From assembly GCF_009914755.1 (NCBI RefSeq), contig NC_060927.1: a stretch of 64,000 nucleotides of DNA; one strand, written 5' to 3'. Below the pieces are notes generated by a model. That model was not told the DNA's origin. It ran no database searches and saw only the letters and a program-made list of their open reading frames with translations. Source of the stretch: the human T2T-CHM13v2.0 reference genome, Homo sapiens. How positions within the stretch are numbered: position 1 is the first letter of the stretch; the number at the start of each line of letters is the position of its first letter. Shown in pieces: positions 24,975-38,868 of this stretch. The position numbers and the translations under genes were made by a program.

Positions 24975-26329
24975 GTAGAAATATTTTAGTCTAAGCCTGT
25001 TTTTTTCTTTTCTTTTTATTTTTTAAGAAAGATTAGCAAGTGTTATAATATTCCAGCATTAAACTGAGACTTTGCCTCAATGTAGAAACTGGGGAAAGAG
25101 AGTTGATCAGAAGGGAATAACTTTCTCATGATGTAATTCAATACAGTCCTTTCCGTGCACCTTGTAAAATCATCACACATTCATCTAAGATTATCTGGCA
25201 TAAAAGCAGAGGAACTTCTCTCCTGTTTGTCCCATTCTCTGGTAAACTTCATCTTGCAGATGAAAAACTGAAGCCCAGGGGTCAGGTAAGAAGCTCATCC
25301 AACTCCATACAGCCAGTAGCTGAGATCTGTCTCAGCTTGGGAGGCTCCTAATTCTGTCCCTTGGAAAAATAGAAATACTTAAATGTAGTTTTCTCTTTAA
25401 GATATTTGTTTATAATTCCAGAAGGTTCTGAAAGTCAAACTTACAATTGTGATTTGAAGTTTAAGAAGTAGAAAATGAGGTGAGGGTTTTTCAGTAATTT
25501 CCTGCAGGTCATAATTAACTTTAATATCAGCTTTGCTCAGCCCCAACCTTGATATACTGGAGCTATGTGGAGAGAAATACCTTTCAAGTTCCCCCAGATG
25601 CTTGAGATAAATGGCTAGATGCAGAATAGTTATTAATTAAAAGTCAGGTACTGTGGGCATCTTTTTGATGGTTCTGAAACTGCTAATCATCTGCTCTGTC
25701 TACCGTGGTCCTTATATAGGCCGGTGGGATTGAGCTGCTCAGGCATTTAATGAGAAAATGCCAAGACTAGGTTTAATTTACTTGAAGGCCGCCTCCCCTC
25801 AAACTCACACACAGAGAAGCGCAATTTCAGTGCAAACCAGAGAACATTAAGAACGTCTTAAATCCTTTGAAATCCTTTTCTATTGAATCACATGCTTGAG
25901 GGAAGGGCCCCCGGACAATTTAATGGAAACAAATCTACTTACTTCGAAGATGAGTCTTTGTTCAGGTAGTACTGATGATCTGGGAGGCCCTCTTTCTGGT
26001 TCAGATTTTACAATGCCTGGACAGATCCTATCTCTTCCTCCTTCTCCTCCTACATGAAACCTTCCCAGATCTCACCAGCATCCAGAGCTGAACTCTGACT
26101 TTATAGCTTTTGTTCTCTGTCTCATTTCTTTGGTAATGAACTGAGCCTGGCAATAGGATGTCACCAACATTGTGTGTATGTGTGGTGGGTGAAAGGGCAC
26201 TAGTGTATAGTTGGGTTACAACACTGCTATATACTGAAAGTATATTAGGACTGAAAGTCCTTATCTTTATTTCTCTTTGCTTGTCTTCATGTCTTTGGGG
26301 TTGGCAAACTGTTTTCAAGAGCCACTATC

Positions 26330-26960
26330 TTTATATCATAAACAAGGGAACACATTTACTCTCTTATCCCTGGAGTGTTCTTCCTGCTCCTTCTTATCTA
26401 ACTCACTTCATATGCTAAAGAGCCAGCTGCAACTTGAGCTGCAGGAAGACGTCCCTTATCCCTGCATCTGAGTTATGTGCCCCTCTGTGATATGCTCATG
26501 GCCCCTTCAACTACCAAAACCAGGGCTCAGATAACGTTTTCTATAAAAGGCCAGCAAGTAAATATTTTTAACTGTGCAGGCCATATAAAGTCTCTGTCGC
26601 AACTACTCAACTGTGCCACAGTAGCTCAAAAGCAGCCATGAGTGTGGCTGTGTTTCAATAAAACTTTATTGATGGGCACTGAAATTGGAATTTCATATCA
26701 TTTTCATGGACCAGGAAATATTATTCTTTTAAAAATGTTTTTCTGACCATTTAAAGAATGTAAAAACCATACTTAGCTCCCAGTTGTACAAAAAGGGGTG
26801 TGGACTGGATTTGGTCTTAGGGCTTTGCCATGGTTTGCTGATCTCTGACCTAAGCTCTTGTTTGTTTACTTGACTTTTTAAACTCACCACAGTAAAAGCT
26901 CCCCTTAAGGGTCTCCCATCTCAGCACATCTAGGACATAGCAGGGTGCCTGGCTTGTGTA
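26330..26960 (+). mobile_element. L2 fragment split by MER58B
   Basis: Pyrimidine-rich L2-like body and 3'-end-like 'cagggtgcctggc' on either side of the MITE. Confidence 0.5.
26521..26847 (+). mobile_element. MER58B hAT-Charlie MITE
   Basis: cagggc...'gtaaatattt...ctctgtcgcaactactcaact...gtgtggctgtgtttcaataaaactttatt'...tttgctgatctctg. Confidence 0.85.
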
Positions 26961-27083
26961 CTGGAGGTTAACCTCTACACACCTCAGGCTGCATCACTAA
27001 TCACCTGTTCTGCCCACCATAGTCTTCATGTAGGCCAGTGGGGTGGATGACTCAAATGTTTAATGAGAAAATGCTTTAGTTGG

Positions 27084-27424
27084 TGTATTAGTCCATTTTC
27101 CCACTGCTGGCAAAGACATACCCAAGACTGGGCAATTCACAAAAGAAAGAGGGTTGATGGACTTACAGTTCCATGTGGCTGGGGAGGCCTCACAATCATG
27201 GCAGAAGGTGAAAGGCATGTCTCACACGGCAGCAGACAAGATAAGACAGATTGTGCAGGGAAACCCCTTTTGAAAGCCATCAGATCTCGTGAGACTTATT
27301 CACTATCACGAGAACAGCAGGGGAAAGACTGCCCTCATGATTCAATTACATCCTACTGGGTCCCTCCCACAACATGTGGGAATTCAAATTGAGATTTGGG
27401 TGGGGACACAGCCAAACCATGTCA
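27084..27424 (-). mobile_element. THE1A 3' LTR
   Basis: tgtattagtcc...ggggacacagccaaaccatgtca. Confidence 0.92.
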
Positions 27425-28994
27425 TTCTGTGGCCCCTCTTGAATCTCATATCCTCACATTTCAAAATCAATCATGCCTTCCCAACAGTCCCCAAAGTCTT
27501 AACTCATTTCAGCATTAACTCAAAGGCCACAGTGCAAAGTCTTATCCAAGACAAGGCAAATCCCTTCTGCCTATGAGCGTGTAAAATCAAAAGCAAGTTA
27601 GTTACTTCCTAGATACCATGAGGTACAGGCATTGGGTAAATACAGACATTCCAAATGGGAGAAATTGGCCAAAATAAAGGGGCTACAGGCCCCAGCAAGT
27701 CCAAAATCCAGCAGGACAGTCAAATCTTAAAGCTCCAAATGATCTCCTTTGAGTCCATGTCTCACATCCAGGTCACACTGATGCAAGAGGTGGCTTCTCA
27801 TGGTCTTGGGCAGCTACTCCCCTGTGGCTTTGCAGGGCACAGCCTCCCTCCCAGCTGCTTTCACAGGCTGGCATTGAGTGCCTGTGGCTTTTCCAGGCAC
27901 ACAATACAAGCTGTAGTTGGATCCGCCATTCTGGGGTCTGGAGGATGGTGGTCCTCTTCTCACAGTTCCACTAGGCAGTGCCCCAGTAGGGACTCTGTGT
28001 GGGGGCTCCAACTCCACATTTCCCTTCTGCACTTCCCCAGCAGAGGTTCTCCATGAGAACCCCACCCCTGCAGCAAACTTCTGCCTCAACATCCAGGCAT
28101 TTCCATACAACCTCTGAAATCTAGGTGGAGGTTCCCAAACCCCAATTCTTGACTTCTGTGCCCTGGCAGGCTCCATACCACATGGAAGCTGCCAAGGCTT
28201 GAGGCTTGCATCCTCTGAAGCCACATCCTGAGCTCTATGTTGGCCCCTTTCAGCGACGGCTGGAGTGGCTAGGATGCAGGGCACCAAGTCCCTAGGCTGC
28301 ACACAGCACAGGGACCCTGGGCCTGGCTAATGATCACTTTTTCCTCCTAGGCCTCCAAACCTGTGATGGGAGGGGCTGCCATGAAGACCTCTGACGTGTC
28401 CTGGATACATTTTCCCCATTGTCTTGGGGATTAACATTTGGCTCCTCGTTACTTATTCAAATTTCTACAGCTGGCTTGCTTGGATTTTCCTCAGAGAATG
28501 AGGTTTTCTTTTCTATCGCATTGTCAGGCTGCAAATTTTCCAGGCTTTTATGCTCTGCTTCCCTTATACAACTGAATGCCTTTAACAGCACCCAAGTCAC
28601 CTCTTGAATGCTTTGCTGCTTAGAAATTTATTCTGCCAGATACCCTAAATCATCTCTCTCAAGTTCAAAGTTCCACAAATGTCTAGGACAGGAGCAAAAT
28701 GCCACCAATCTCTTTGCTAAAACATAACAAGAGTCATCTTTGCTCCACTTCCCAACAAGTTCCTCATTTCCATATGAGATCACCTCAGCTTGGACTTTAT
28801 TGTCCATATCGCTATCAACATTTTGGGCAAAACCATTCAAGAAGTCTCTAGGAAGTTCCAAACTTTCCCACATTTTCGTGTCTTCTCAGAGCCCTCCAAA
28901 CTGTACCAACCTCTGCCTGTTACCCAGTTCCAAAGCTGCTTCCACATTTTGATTCTCTCTTCAGCAGCGCCCTACTCTACTGGTACCAATTTAC

Positions 28995-29337
28995 TGTATT
29001 AGTTCATTTTCATGCTGCTGATAAAGACACACTTGAGACTGGACAATTTACAAAAGAAAGAGGTTTAATGGATTTACAGTTCCACGTGCCTGGGGAGGCC
29101 TCACAATCATGGCAGAAGGTGAAAGACATGTCTCACATTGCAGCAGACAAGAGAAGACAGCCTAGGCAGGGAAACTTCCCTTTTTAAAACCATCAGATCT
29201 TGTGAGACTTATTTACTATCATGAGAACAGCAGGGGAAAGACTTGCCCCCATGATTGAATTACATCCCACCGGGTCCCTCCTACAACACATGGGAATGTA
29301 AGATGAGCTTTGGTGGGGACACAGCCAAACTATATCA
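28995..29337 (-). mobile_element. THE1A 5' LTR
   Basis: tgtattagttc...ggggacacagccaaactatatca. Confidence 0.92.
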
Positions 29338-29639
29338 GTTTGTCCTCCACCACACCCAGCAGGAAAAAAGTACAAAATCAATGCAACTTGATAATATTAA
29401 AAGGGGTTTTAAATCCTTTAGCATCTTCTGTAATTGAATTGTATGCTCAAGAGAAGGGCCTCCTTACATCTGTGTAATGTGGGTATCAGTAAAAATAAAA
29501 ATAAAATAAAATAAGGGCCCCAGACATAGTGCTGTAGATAGAAATATTCTGCTTCTTTCCTTCTGCCCTACCACATCTTAGTTCAATATCTGTGCTCACC
29601 TGCAAAACCCTCCCTGCTGGTAGAAGTCTCTCCAGGCTT

Positions 29640-29980
29640 GGATAATTTATTTCTCCTTCTCCTCCATGAAGCCTCCTCAGGCCCATGAGTTTTTGTATAA
29701 GCTGTTCCCTCTGCTTGCAATGGTCTTCTTTGTGGCTCATTCCTTGTGACTAAGGACTCAGCTTTAATGTCACATCCTCACAGAAGCTTTCTCTGACCAC
29801 TCTGATGACACAGACACCCACCTTCTTTCTGCATGTTAGTACTAGTCCTTTCCCTTCCCAACACTATTAGGATTTGTAATTACTTATCTACTTATGGGTT
29901 TGATTTTTGGATCTGCAGTCTAGCATAGTTCCTGACACACAACAGGTACTCAATAAATATCTGCTGAATAAATGAACGAA
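29640..29980 (+). mobile_element. L2 3' part
   Basis: 'ctcagctttaatgtcacatcctc...ttctctgacca...ggtactcaataaatatctgctgaataaatgaa'. Confidence 0.75.
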
Positions 29981-29984
29981 AAGT

Positions 29985-30170
29985 TGGCTTCCTGAGTCAC
30001 ATTGCCTACATTTAAATTCCAGAACCCCACTTCTTAAACTCTTCAGAAATTTACTTGTTAAGCCTTTTTTTTAATGTGTAAAATGCACATCACCAACTTC
30101 ATGATGTTGTTGTAAGTATAAAATGAGAATAGCTTAGTATGGTGCCTGGCACATAGTAAGCATACGAGCA
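29985..30170 (+). mobile_element. MIR
   Basis: 'gtaaaatg...gttgttgtaagtataaaatgagaat...gtgcctggcacatagtaagc'. Confidence 0.65.
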
Positions 30171-30171
30171 A

Positions 30172-30262
30172 TATCTATCTATCCATCCATCCATCCATAT
30201 AACAACTATTTATCATCTACCAGCTATATATCTATCATAATCTATCCTACCTATCTACTCTC
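30172..30262. repeat. Degenerate (TCTA)/(TCCA)n microsatellite
   Basis: atatctatctatccatccatccatcc...tctatcctacctatcta. Confidence 0.8.
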
Positions 30263-31354
30263 TAGCAATCGTCATCATCATTCAATTTATGCTCATTTCT
30301 TGAATGAATAAATTCATATCAGAGATAATCCTACTAAAGATTTTACATCCATTTCTTTGTCTTTGCTTACACTATGCTCGAGACCTCTAATATCACTTTA
30401 TTCTGCCTAGAAACCAGGATAAACAAACTAAATCATCAGAGAGAGATTTCTCATGTTTTCAGTTTCTCACCATGTAATTGCCCTTGGCTTATATGCACTA
30501 ACATGCACCCACTCCTGGACAGCTCTCTCAGTAGGAAGAATGAATTCTGAGCTACTATGTCATCACAGAAATTTTATACAACATGAGGAAAATCAAAAGT
30601 TATCCTTTGGATGCTGGTTAGTTGAAAACAGTCATCTTAAAATCTATTTTTTAAAAAATCTCTGCTTCAACATTCGGCACTGGTTGGTCTCCATCAAACC
30701 GAGACTTCTGCTAATGAAAGCAAGGCTCGCTAGTCCAAAACTACAGAAAAGTACGAGGAGTTAATTGTTGCAATTATCCACTGAGTGGACTTGGACTGTG
30801 AATCCCTTAAAGGATGGATTGCTAATTGCTGCTAAATGGCGATTAAATTACACTCTCCATGTTTTCAAAATGAACTGGAGTTTAGCAGACCTTAAAGAAT
30901 TAGATCTGAGTCAAGGTAAAGGGCAGAAAAGATGTCCTCAGAGTTTTATGAAAACATACACACATGAGCATGAACTCAGAACTTGTTTGCAAGTTCTTTC
31001 TGTTAGTCCTTGCCTTCCAAGATATATATGATAGTGTATGTTTTATTAGACCATAACTTATTCCTATTCCAAATAATTGATAAAGTTGAGAAAATCAATG
31101 CCATTTGAGAATTAGACATGAACTATATAACTACAGATAGAATTTTAATATTAATGCTGCATGGTAATATGTTTCAATGATTGTTTCGCATTAGCATGAT
31201 CCTCTTTGAAGGGCTCATTATGGTTTTACAGACTTTCCAGAGTAGGCAGCAATTGCAGTACCAGGTTAGAGTAACATTTTTAAGCAAGTATTTAAAAAAT
31301 CTCAATATCTTTACACGGCTTTTTTCCTCTTTTGTTTGGCCTTGGTTTAAATAT

Positions 31355-31490
31355 ATACTGCATGTGCATCCTGGGGGCAAGCACTATATATTGACATTTC
31401 TGTAGTTTCTGTTGCCCCTAGCACAGTGTCTAGTCTAAAGGTGGCTAAATTAATAATACACGGATAAATAAATGAATGAACAAATAAACA
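31355..31490 (+). mobile_element. L2 3' end
   Basis: 'cctagcacagtgtct...ggataaataaatgaatgaacaaataaa'. Confidence 0.6.
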
Positions 31491-31972
31491 TCATGCAACG
31501 ATGTAAATTCAACAGCATGCTACTCAATATAAGAGCCAACATTAATCCCTTAGGAGTTCTGTCTGCAAAGTCAATGTAGAAATAGGTTTCCTCCTTCCTA
31601 AAATTTTCTGTTCAACAATCTTCAGCTATGAAGCTGGCTACTAAGGGCTTAAAATATACTTGGAACGTGCACCCCCTGGCTTCATGTCAGGATCCATTTT
31701 ATTGGTATTGCCTTTTTATACCTTTATGCGGATTAAAGCAAAACAGATTGGGAAATGTTGTCCCTAAATGCCCTGTTAAGAAAATAAAAGAAGGAATATC
31801 TACAAGCAAGTTGCTTTGAAGCACTGTGTGTGAACGCGCGAGAAATTACAGGAAAGAAAAACATCCTCCATTACCTGCAATGAAAGAGAGTTCTAGGTCT
31901 GACTTGAACCTGAAGTTCTGGTACCATTATTTGGAACCCACCCAAGAAGTTTGCAATTTGCAGGAGGAATAT

Positions 31973-32462
31973 CGTGGTAGGCTAAATAACGGCCCCCAAA
32001 GATATCAGGTCCTAATCCCTGCAACCTATAAATATTAACATATGCAGAAAGGGTCTTCACAGATGAGATTAAATTAAGGATATTAAGGATCTTGAAATAG
32101 GAAGATTATCCAGAATAATCTGGGTAAGCCCTAAATATAATCACAAGAATCCCCACACGAGGAAGGAAGAGAGATTTCAGACAGGCAGAAGAGGAGAAGC
32201 TAATATAACTATGGGGGCAGAAATTAAAGTGATGTCACCACAAGCCGAGAAATACCAGCAGCCATGAGAAACTGGAAGAGGCAAGAACAAATTCTCCCGT
32301 TGCTCCCCTGGAGGGAGCCTGGCCCTGCGAATGCCTTGATTTTGGCCCAGTGAAGCTGATTTCGTACTTCTGGCCTCCAGGACTGTAAAAGCATAAATTT
32401 CTGTTGTTTTAAGCCAACAAGTTTGTCATAATCTGTTACAGCAGCCACAGGAAACTAATACA
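31973..32462 (+). mobile_element. MLT1D solo LTR
   Basis: 'gtggtaggctaaataacggcccccaaagat...tttggcccagtga...cagcagccacaggaaactaataca'; TSD aatat/aatac. Confidence 0.88.
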
Positions 32463-32549
32463 AATACAGAATTTTATTTTTATTCAGATTGGAACCCAAA
32501 TCCAGATATGTTCCATAAATTCTTATGATGACTTATTATTACTGCATGA

Positions 32550-32660
32550 CAGTTTGTTAGAAACGCAGAATCTCTGGCCCCATCTTCAGAATCAGAATTT
32601 GCAATTTAACAAGATCCCAGGTACTCCATATACACTTTCACATTTGAGACTCACTGCTCT
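32550..32660. mobile_element. MER5A/B fragment
   Basis: 'ttgttagaaacgcagaatctc...aatcagaatttgcaatttaacaagatcccagg'. Confidence 0.7.
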
Positions 32661-33843
32661 AAATGACTCTGCAGCCTTTTAGTGAGAAGCTGCTTCTCAA
32701 TTATCTGAAGGTTTAAAGTCACCATCTGGTGTAGGGTTAAGTGTTTGTATTAACAGGCTGGTGAAGATCTCACGATGCATGAGAAAAGGGCTAGCAGTGC
32801 AGGTAAAATCCTTGTCTCAAACTGGAATCCCAGCACACCTTATACCTTACACCTTGAGAAGGAATGTGTAAGTGGCAACTATCTTGGAGCTGCATCGGGT
32901 GAGACCAGGATTCTTAAAGATGGTGTTCAAACGCCTAAAAATGATTCTGTTATTTACATGACCAAATCACACACTTTCCATTTATCCTAAGTGTTAACGG
33001 AAAAAAATTTCTGATGGTCAGAGCTTTCCCTAGAGAAGTGAGCTTCTGGGTACGCATTACATGAATGACATATTGACAAAGATGTTATAGGGACACAAAT
33101 TTAAATGTGACTGGAGTGAACAGGTGACCTTTAACTTGTCTTTCCATAGAAAGCTTGTATTTGTGGGATTCTTAAACACCATCTAATGTCATATTTACTC
33201 TTCTTTAACAAAGCAAACAGGTTGAATTACAGCATCTATAGCCAAGAGAAAACTCATTAAACAGTTTGGATGGATTTCAAAAGCTGTGCGAGACTGTTTT
33301 CTGACCTATAGAAAAATCCAGCAGAGGAAATTTACCTGTCAAACTCCTACTTTAATAGGCGACAGTAAAATGCTGGAGTCAACAACACAATCTACAAATG
33401 TGTATGGCAGCTAATTTTTAATTGGCACTTTCTCTTGCACCTGCCATAGGAGTTTCACACATTTATCAAAATACTGAAAATGCTTACTTAGTATTTGCAA
33501 TCTTCTTCCTTTCACACGTGATCAACACTACACAAATTAGTGTCCCTCTGAACACTCACAGATAATTGGAGCACAAAAAAGATCACTTTACAGCTACCTA
33601 GCTGGAAGGGGCTTCAGGGTTAGTTTCCACTCTTTCATCCTATAAGACAGAAAAAAAAACCCTGTAGGTAGTTAGAAGACTACTTCAACTTTGCTAAGTG
33701 AGGCACCGAGGGTTAGTAGGCAGATGCCTATGCTGCCTGTTTCAAACTCCCAATAGTACTGAAGTTTCTAGGATGATAGGACATCCTAGTAGAGACATGG
33801 TGGGGAAGGAGATGAAGAAGTTAGGGCAAGACTATGAATCTTC

Positions 33844-34584
<741 letters not shown>

Positions 34585-34619
34585 AGAAACTAATACATAC
34601 CCAAACCAATTTATAATGA

Positions 34620-35130
34620 AAAATGCCGATGATCCAGGCACTACGCTCAGTTCTTGACATGGATTATTCCATTTAACCCTAGGAACCATCCTGTGAGGTA
34701 GATTTAATTATTTTTCTCTCTCTCTCTCTTTTTTTTTTTTTTTCTGAGAGGAAGTCTCGCTCTGTCACCCAGGCTGGAGTGCAGTAGTGCAATCTCGGCT
34801 CACCACAACCTCCGCCTCCCGGATTCAAGCGATTCTCCCACCTCAGCCTCCTGAGTAGCTGGGATTACAGGCATGCATCACCATGCCTGGCTAATTTTTG
34901 TATTTTAGTACAGACAGGGTTTCACCATGTTGGTCAGGCTGGTCTCAAACTCCCGAACTCAGGTGATCCGCCTGCCTCGGCCTCCCAAAACACTGGGATT
35001 ACAGGCATGAGCCATCACACCCGGCCTTAATTATTATCCTCATTCTAGACTTGCTTGTCTGAGGAACCACAGCGAGTGGCTGAGCCAGGGTTTGAAGCCT
35101 TGTAATTCTGAATAGGGCTTGCTTTCTTCA
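34620..35130 (-). mobile_element. MIR interrupted by AluSp
   Basis: 'catttaaccct...ctgtgaggtaga' left of the Alu, 'attatcctcatt...gagccagggtttgaa' right of it. Confidence 0.6.
34713..35026 (-). mobile_element. AluSp-like with (CT)n/T tail
   Basis: Diagnostics 'gctcaccacaacctcc' and 'ttggtcaggctggtctcaaactcccga'; TSD ttaattatt. Confidence 0.9.
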
Positions 35131-35539
35131 CAGCCACATCCAACTGTCTCCCAGTCATGATGGCCAAACTCAGTGCTCATAGAGACAACTGTGCCCTATC
35201 TCTGCTCCATTATCTCTTCCTACTCCTTGAAGATGAATCCAGAACTTTCAGGCAAATGATCAAATGCTCAACTGCTTCAGCAGCAGAAAACAATAAAAAC
35301 CTTTTCAGCAGGGAATTCCTGGTATCAGCCATTAGGTCTCATTGGTAAGGTCACTGGCAATCAATTCCATCTTATTATCTAAATCTCAGTGGCTGGAGTT
35401 GAATTGTCTTATAAATGAGGGAAGATACAGAGACAAAACATGAGGAAAATTATTTCTTTTCAGGTGGGAGCATGTTTAAAGGCCAACTTGAGGGAGCTGA
35501 ATCAAATATTCAGTTATGTTTTAAATCTAATAGAATCGC

Positions 35540-35672
35540 GGGCATTTTACAAGTGAGGAAACTGAGGGCTAGAAATGAGAAGGGTCTTATCCAACAGAAG
35601 AGGCAAGTTACCTAAAGATTCCAAGTTAGAACCCAGGTTTCCCAACCACAAGTCCAATGTTCATTATATACA
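35540..35672 (-). mobile_element. MIR fragment
   Basis: 'cattttacaagtgaggaaactgagggct...agaacccagg'. Confidence 0.6.
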
Positions 35673-35677
35673 GCCTT

Positions 35678-35825
35678 CCATCTGTCCATCTACCCTTTTT
35701 TTGTCTATTTGTCCATCCATGCATCTGTCCATCTACCTACCCACACACTCATTCATCCAGGCATGCATCCACCTACCCTTCAATACAAGCATCCATCTGT
35801 CCATCTAACCATTCATCCATCTACC
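35678..35825. repeat. Degenerate (TCCA)n, probably an expanded L2 tail
   Basis: ccatctgtccatc...tccatccatgcatc...attcatcc, abutting a minus-strand L2 3' end (35830-35930). Confidence 0.75.
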
Positions 35826-37289
35826 GCTCTACCTCTCACCAATTTAATAATTATGAAGCACTTACAAATGATACTTATTGGAGATATAAGGCCTAATGGG
35901 ACACTGTCCTAGCCTTCAGGAGCTCAGTAAGACATGATATTCAAATGCTTGGTTCATCATTTAAGAGTTTCCAGAAATACAGTGCTAAGAATACATAGGC
36001 AGAGTTGAATCTGAGTGTGTGGTCAGCTGATAAAAATAGTTCCAACTGCAACACTTTTAAAAATATAGATTCCAGGACCTCTATTTCCTTTTTTCTTTTT
36101 AGTTTTCTGAAATCAGGTGCCTAGTTTCAGGAAAATGTAGTTATTGCAAAATCAATAAAAAATCAAGCATATGATGCATGGATTCGTAAGTAAAAAAATA
36201 ATAATTCAAAAGTAAAAAATAATAATGCATATCATGGGTTCTGTCTACAATATGTCCATTGTCATCAAGAGATTACTGGTATTTATTTAGCCCATGAAAT
36301 AATCATGCGTTTAGATATTTACACATCTTAAAGTAGGGTCTGTCTCATTTAATCCAATGAAAAAAACATTAGAGAAGCATTGTTACAGAGGACAAAAACT
36401 TCATGTGTTCACACTCAGCAATGCAGTTGTCTTTCATTGTTCTCTTTCCATTTCTTCCCAGTTGCACAGGGATATATTCATACTGAGTGCCAATAGAGGG
36501 GAATGACTCCAGGAGGCATACTGACCTGGATTCAGATCCTGTCTAACCTGCTGACTCCAGGCAGTAAGATTAACAAATGTTAGAGCAGAGGAGACTTTTA
36601 ATAACTTTATCATGATTTAGGTGCTCACATGTATAAGTTCACTTGTTATTTACAATCATTATGGACCTAGTCCTTTCATCAACTCCACTTTATGATTAAG
36701 GAAACTGAGACACAGGATCATTAAGTGTTGATGTGCTAGTCATCGCACAGGAAACACGTTTAAGATAAAATCAGCTGTAGCGTCCATTTTTTGCATCTCT
36801 TTTGTGTCATGATACTGTTTGTATTTACTCACTTTGAGTGCTACTCAGCCACTTGGTGCCTCTGTCTGTCTGAGATATTCCTCATGGCAGACATCACAGG
36901 ATATGTAGAAAAAGCCCCTGAGAGAGCTCAGAAGATGGGGCTTTCAGGGGTGGCCCTGCTTGCGTGGCCCTCGGCAAGATACTTATTCATTAATTTTTAA
37001 GCCAGAAGGGGCTTTTACAGTGATCTGTGTCAATATCCCCTCTACAGATGAAAAAAACCCTAAGATCCAAAGGAGTTCAGATGCGCTGAAGGTCACACAG
37101 CTAATTAGTGGCTTAACATTCACTTTAAAGTAAGTCTTACTCCCTCTAAACACACATTAGAAATGTTTTAATCTCGATATCTAGCTTGCTTTACTTTGGG
37201 GTCAGATTTTATGGATTCAAATCCCCACTCTTCCTCTTACTAGACATATAACCCCAGGGCAAATGACTTTTGCTGTGTTCAGGAAACTT

Positions 37290-37883
<594 letters not shown>

Positions 37884-38868
37884 TAGTATCGATTTCCTTA
37901 TGATTTTGTAAAGATTAAATAATGTGATCCAATGAGAGTAGTTTGGATAATACCTACACTATATTATTATTATGGGTTTTAATTACATCATCTGTCTTCA
38001 TTTGTGAGGCTTTTGATAAAGGCAAAAATTCTTCAATACTTAATATTTTCAAAATGGATCACTAAATAAGAAAACATATTTTAACTTCACTTATCATTTA
38101 TTCACTCATTAACCAAATATTTATTGAATATCTATTATCTATAGGCACTGTTCTAGGTTCTGGGACATCACAGTAGCAAAATACACTGAACTCCCTTAAA
38201 TTCTGCTAGGGGTGAACACTTGAAATGTGGTCAGTGAAAGAAATAAAATTAAAAGAAAATTCTAGTAGAATTAGAGGACAATAATTAAATAACAATTCAG
38301 TAAATTATTTATGTATTAGAAGGTGCTAAGTACTAGAGGGAAAAGTAAAGCAGAGAAGTGGATAAGGAATACAGGTGGGGTGAAGGGAACTGAGCAAGAA
38401 TTGACGTTTTAAGTAGGGTGGCCAAGGAAGGTGACATTGAAGGAATATTGGAATATCTGTGGAAGAAGGAGGAGTTATCCATGTAGATATCTGGGCAAAG
38501 GGTATCCAACAAAGGTAAGAGCCAGTGCAAAGCTGCTGAGGTAGTAGTGTGCCTGGCATGTCAATGGACTAGCAAAGATTTCAGCGTGGTTGGAATAGAA
38601 TGAGTGTAGGGGAGAGTTATAGGAAATGAGACTGGAAAAGAAACAGAAGCCAGGCCATGAAGGGTCTCTACAGCCACTGAGGGACCTTGTTTTTTTTTTT
38701 TTTTTTTTTTTTTAACTGTGCATGAGTTATAAAGGTACTGGGTGGTTTCGAGCAGAGGAGTGTATCGTTTGACTTATAGTTTGATCATGAAACAGGTAGT
38801 TTAGCTGCTGCTGTGTTGAGAATAGACTACAGGAGGCAAGGTTGGGGACAGAGACATTATTTAGGAGG

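Larger units (their letters stand above)
24205..25185. mobile_element. Charlie4a-like hAT element with nested MLT1H and MER53
   Basis: 'agattagcaagtgtta...aaactgagacttt...aagggaataactttctca...aaaatcatc' motifs resume after each insertion. Confidence 0.6.
27084..29337 (-). mobile_element. Full-length THE1A MaLR provirus (LTR-int-LTR)
   Basis: Two direct LTRs 27084-27424 and 28995-29337 around a ~1.57 kb THE1-int; int begins gtaaattggtacca on minus; TSD gttgg/gtttg. Confidence 0.95.

Noticed and set aside
25935-26020. Minus-strand donor GTAAGT with an upstream open frame (GIVKSEPERGPPRSSVLPEQRLIFE)
   Set aside because: The nearest AG is preceded by a purine-rich stretch rather than a polypyrimidine tract, and the peptide is not recognisable
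27063-29437. Cluster of longer ORFs including the 162-aa minus ORF 27814-28302 and the 133-aa plus ORF
   Set aside because: All lie in THE1A LTR/int sequence; they are broken remnants or chance frames of the MaLR internal region, not a host gene
30453-31031. Two adjacent in-frame ORFs (103 aa and 88 aa)
   Set aside because: Separated by a stop codon, with no recognisable homology; more consistent with non-coding DNA
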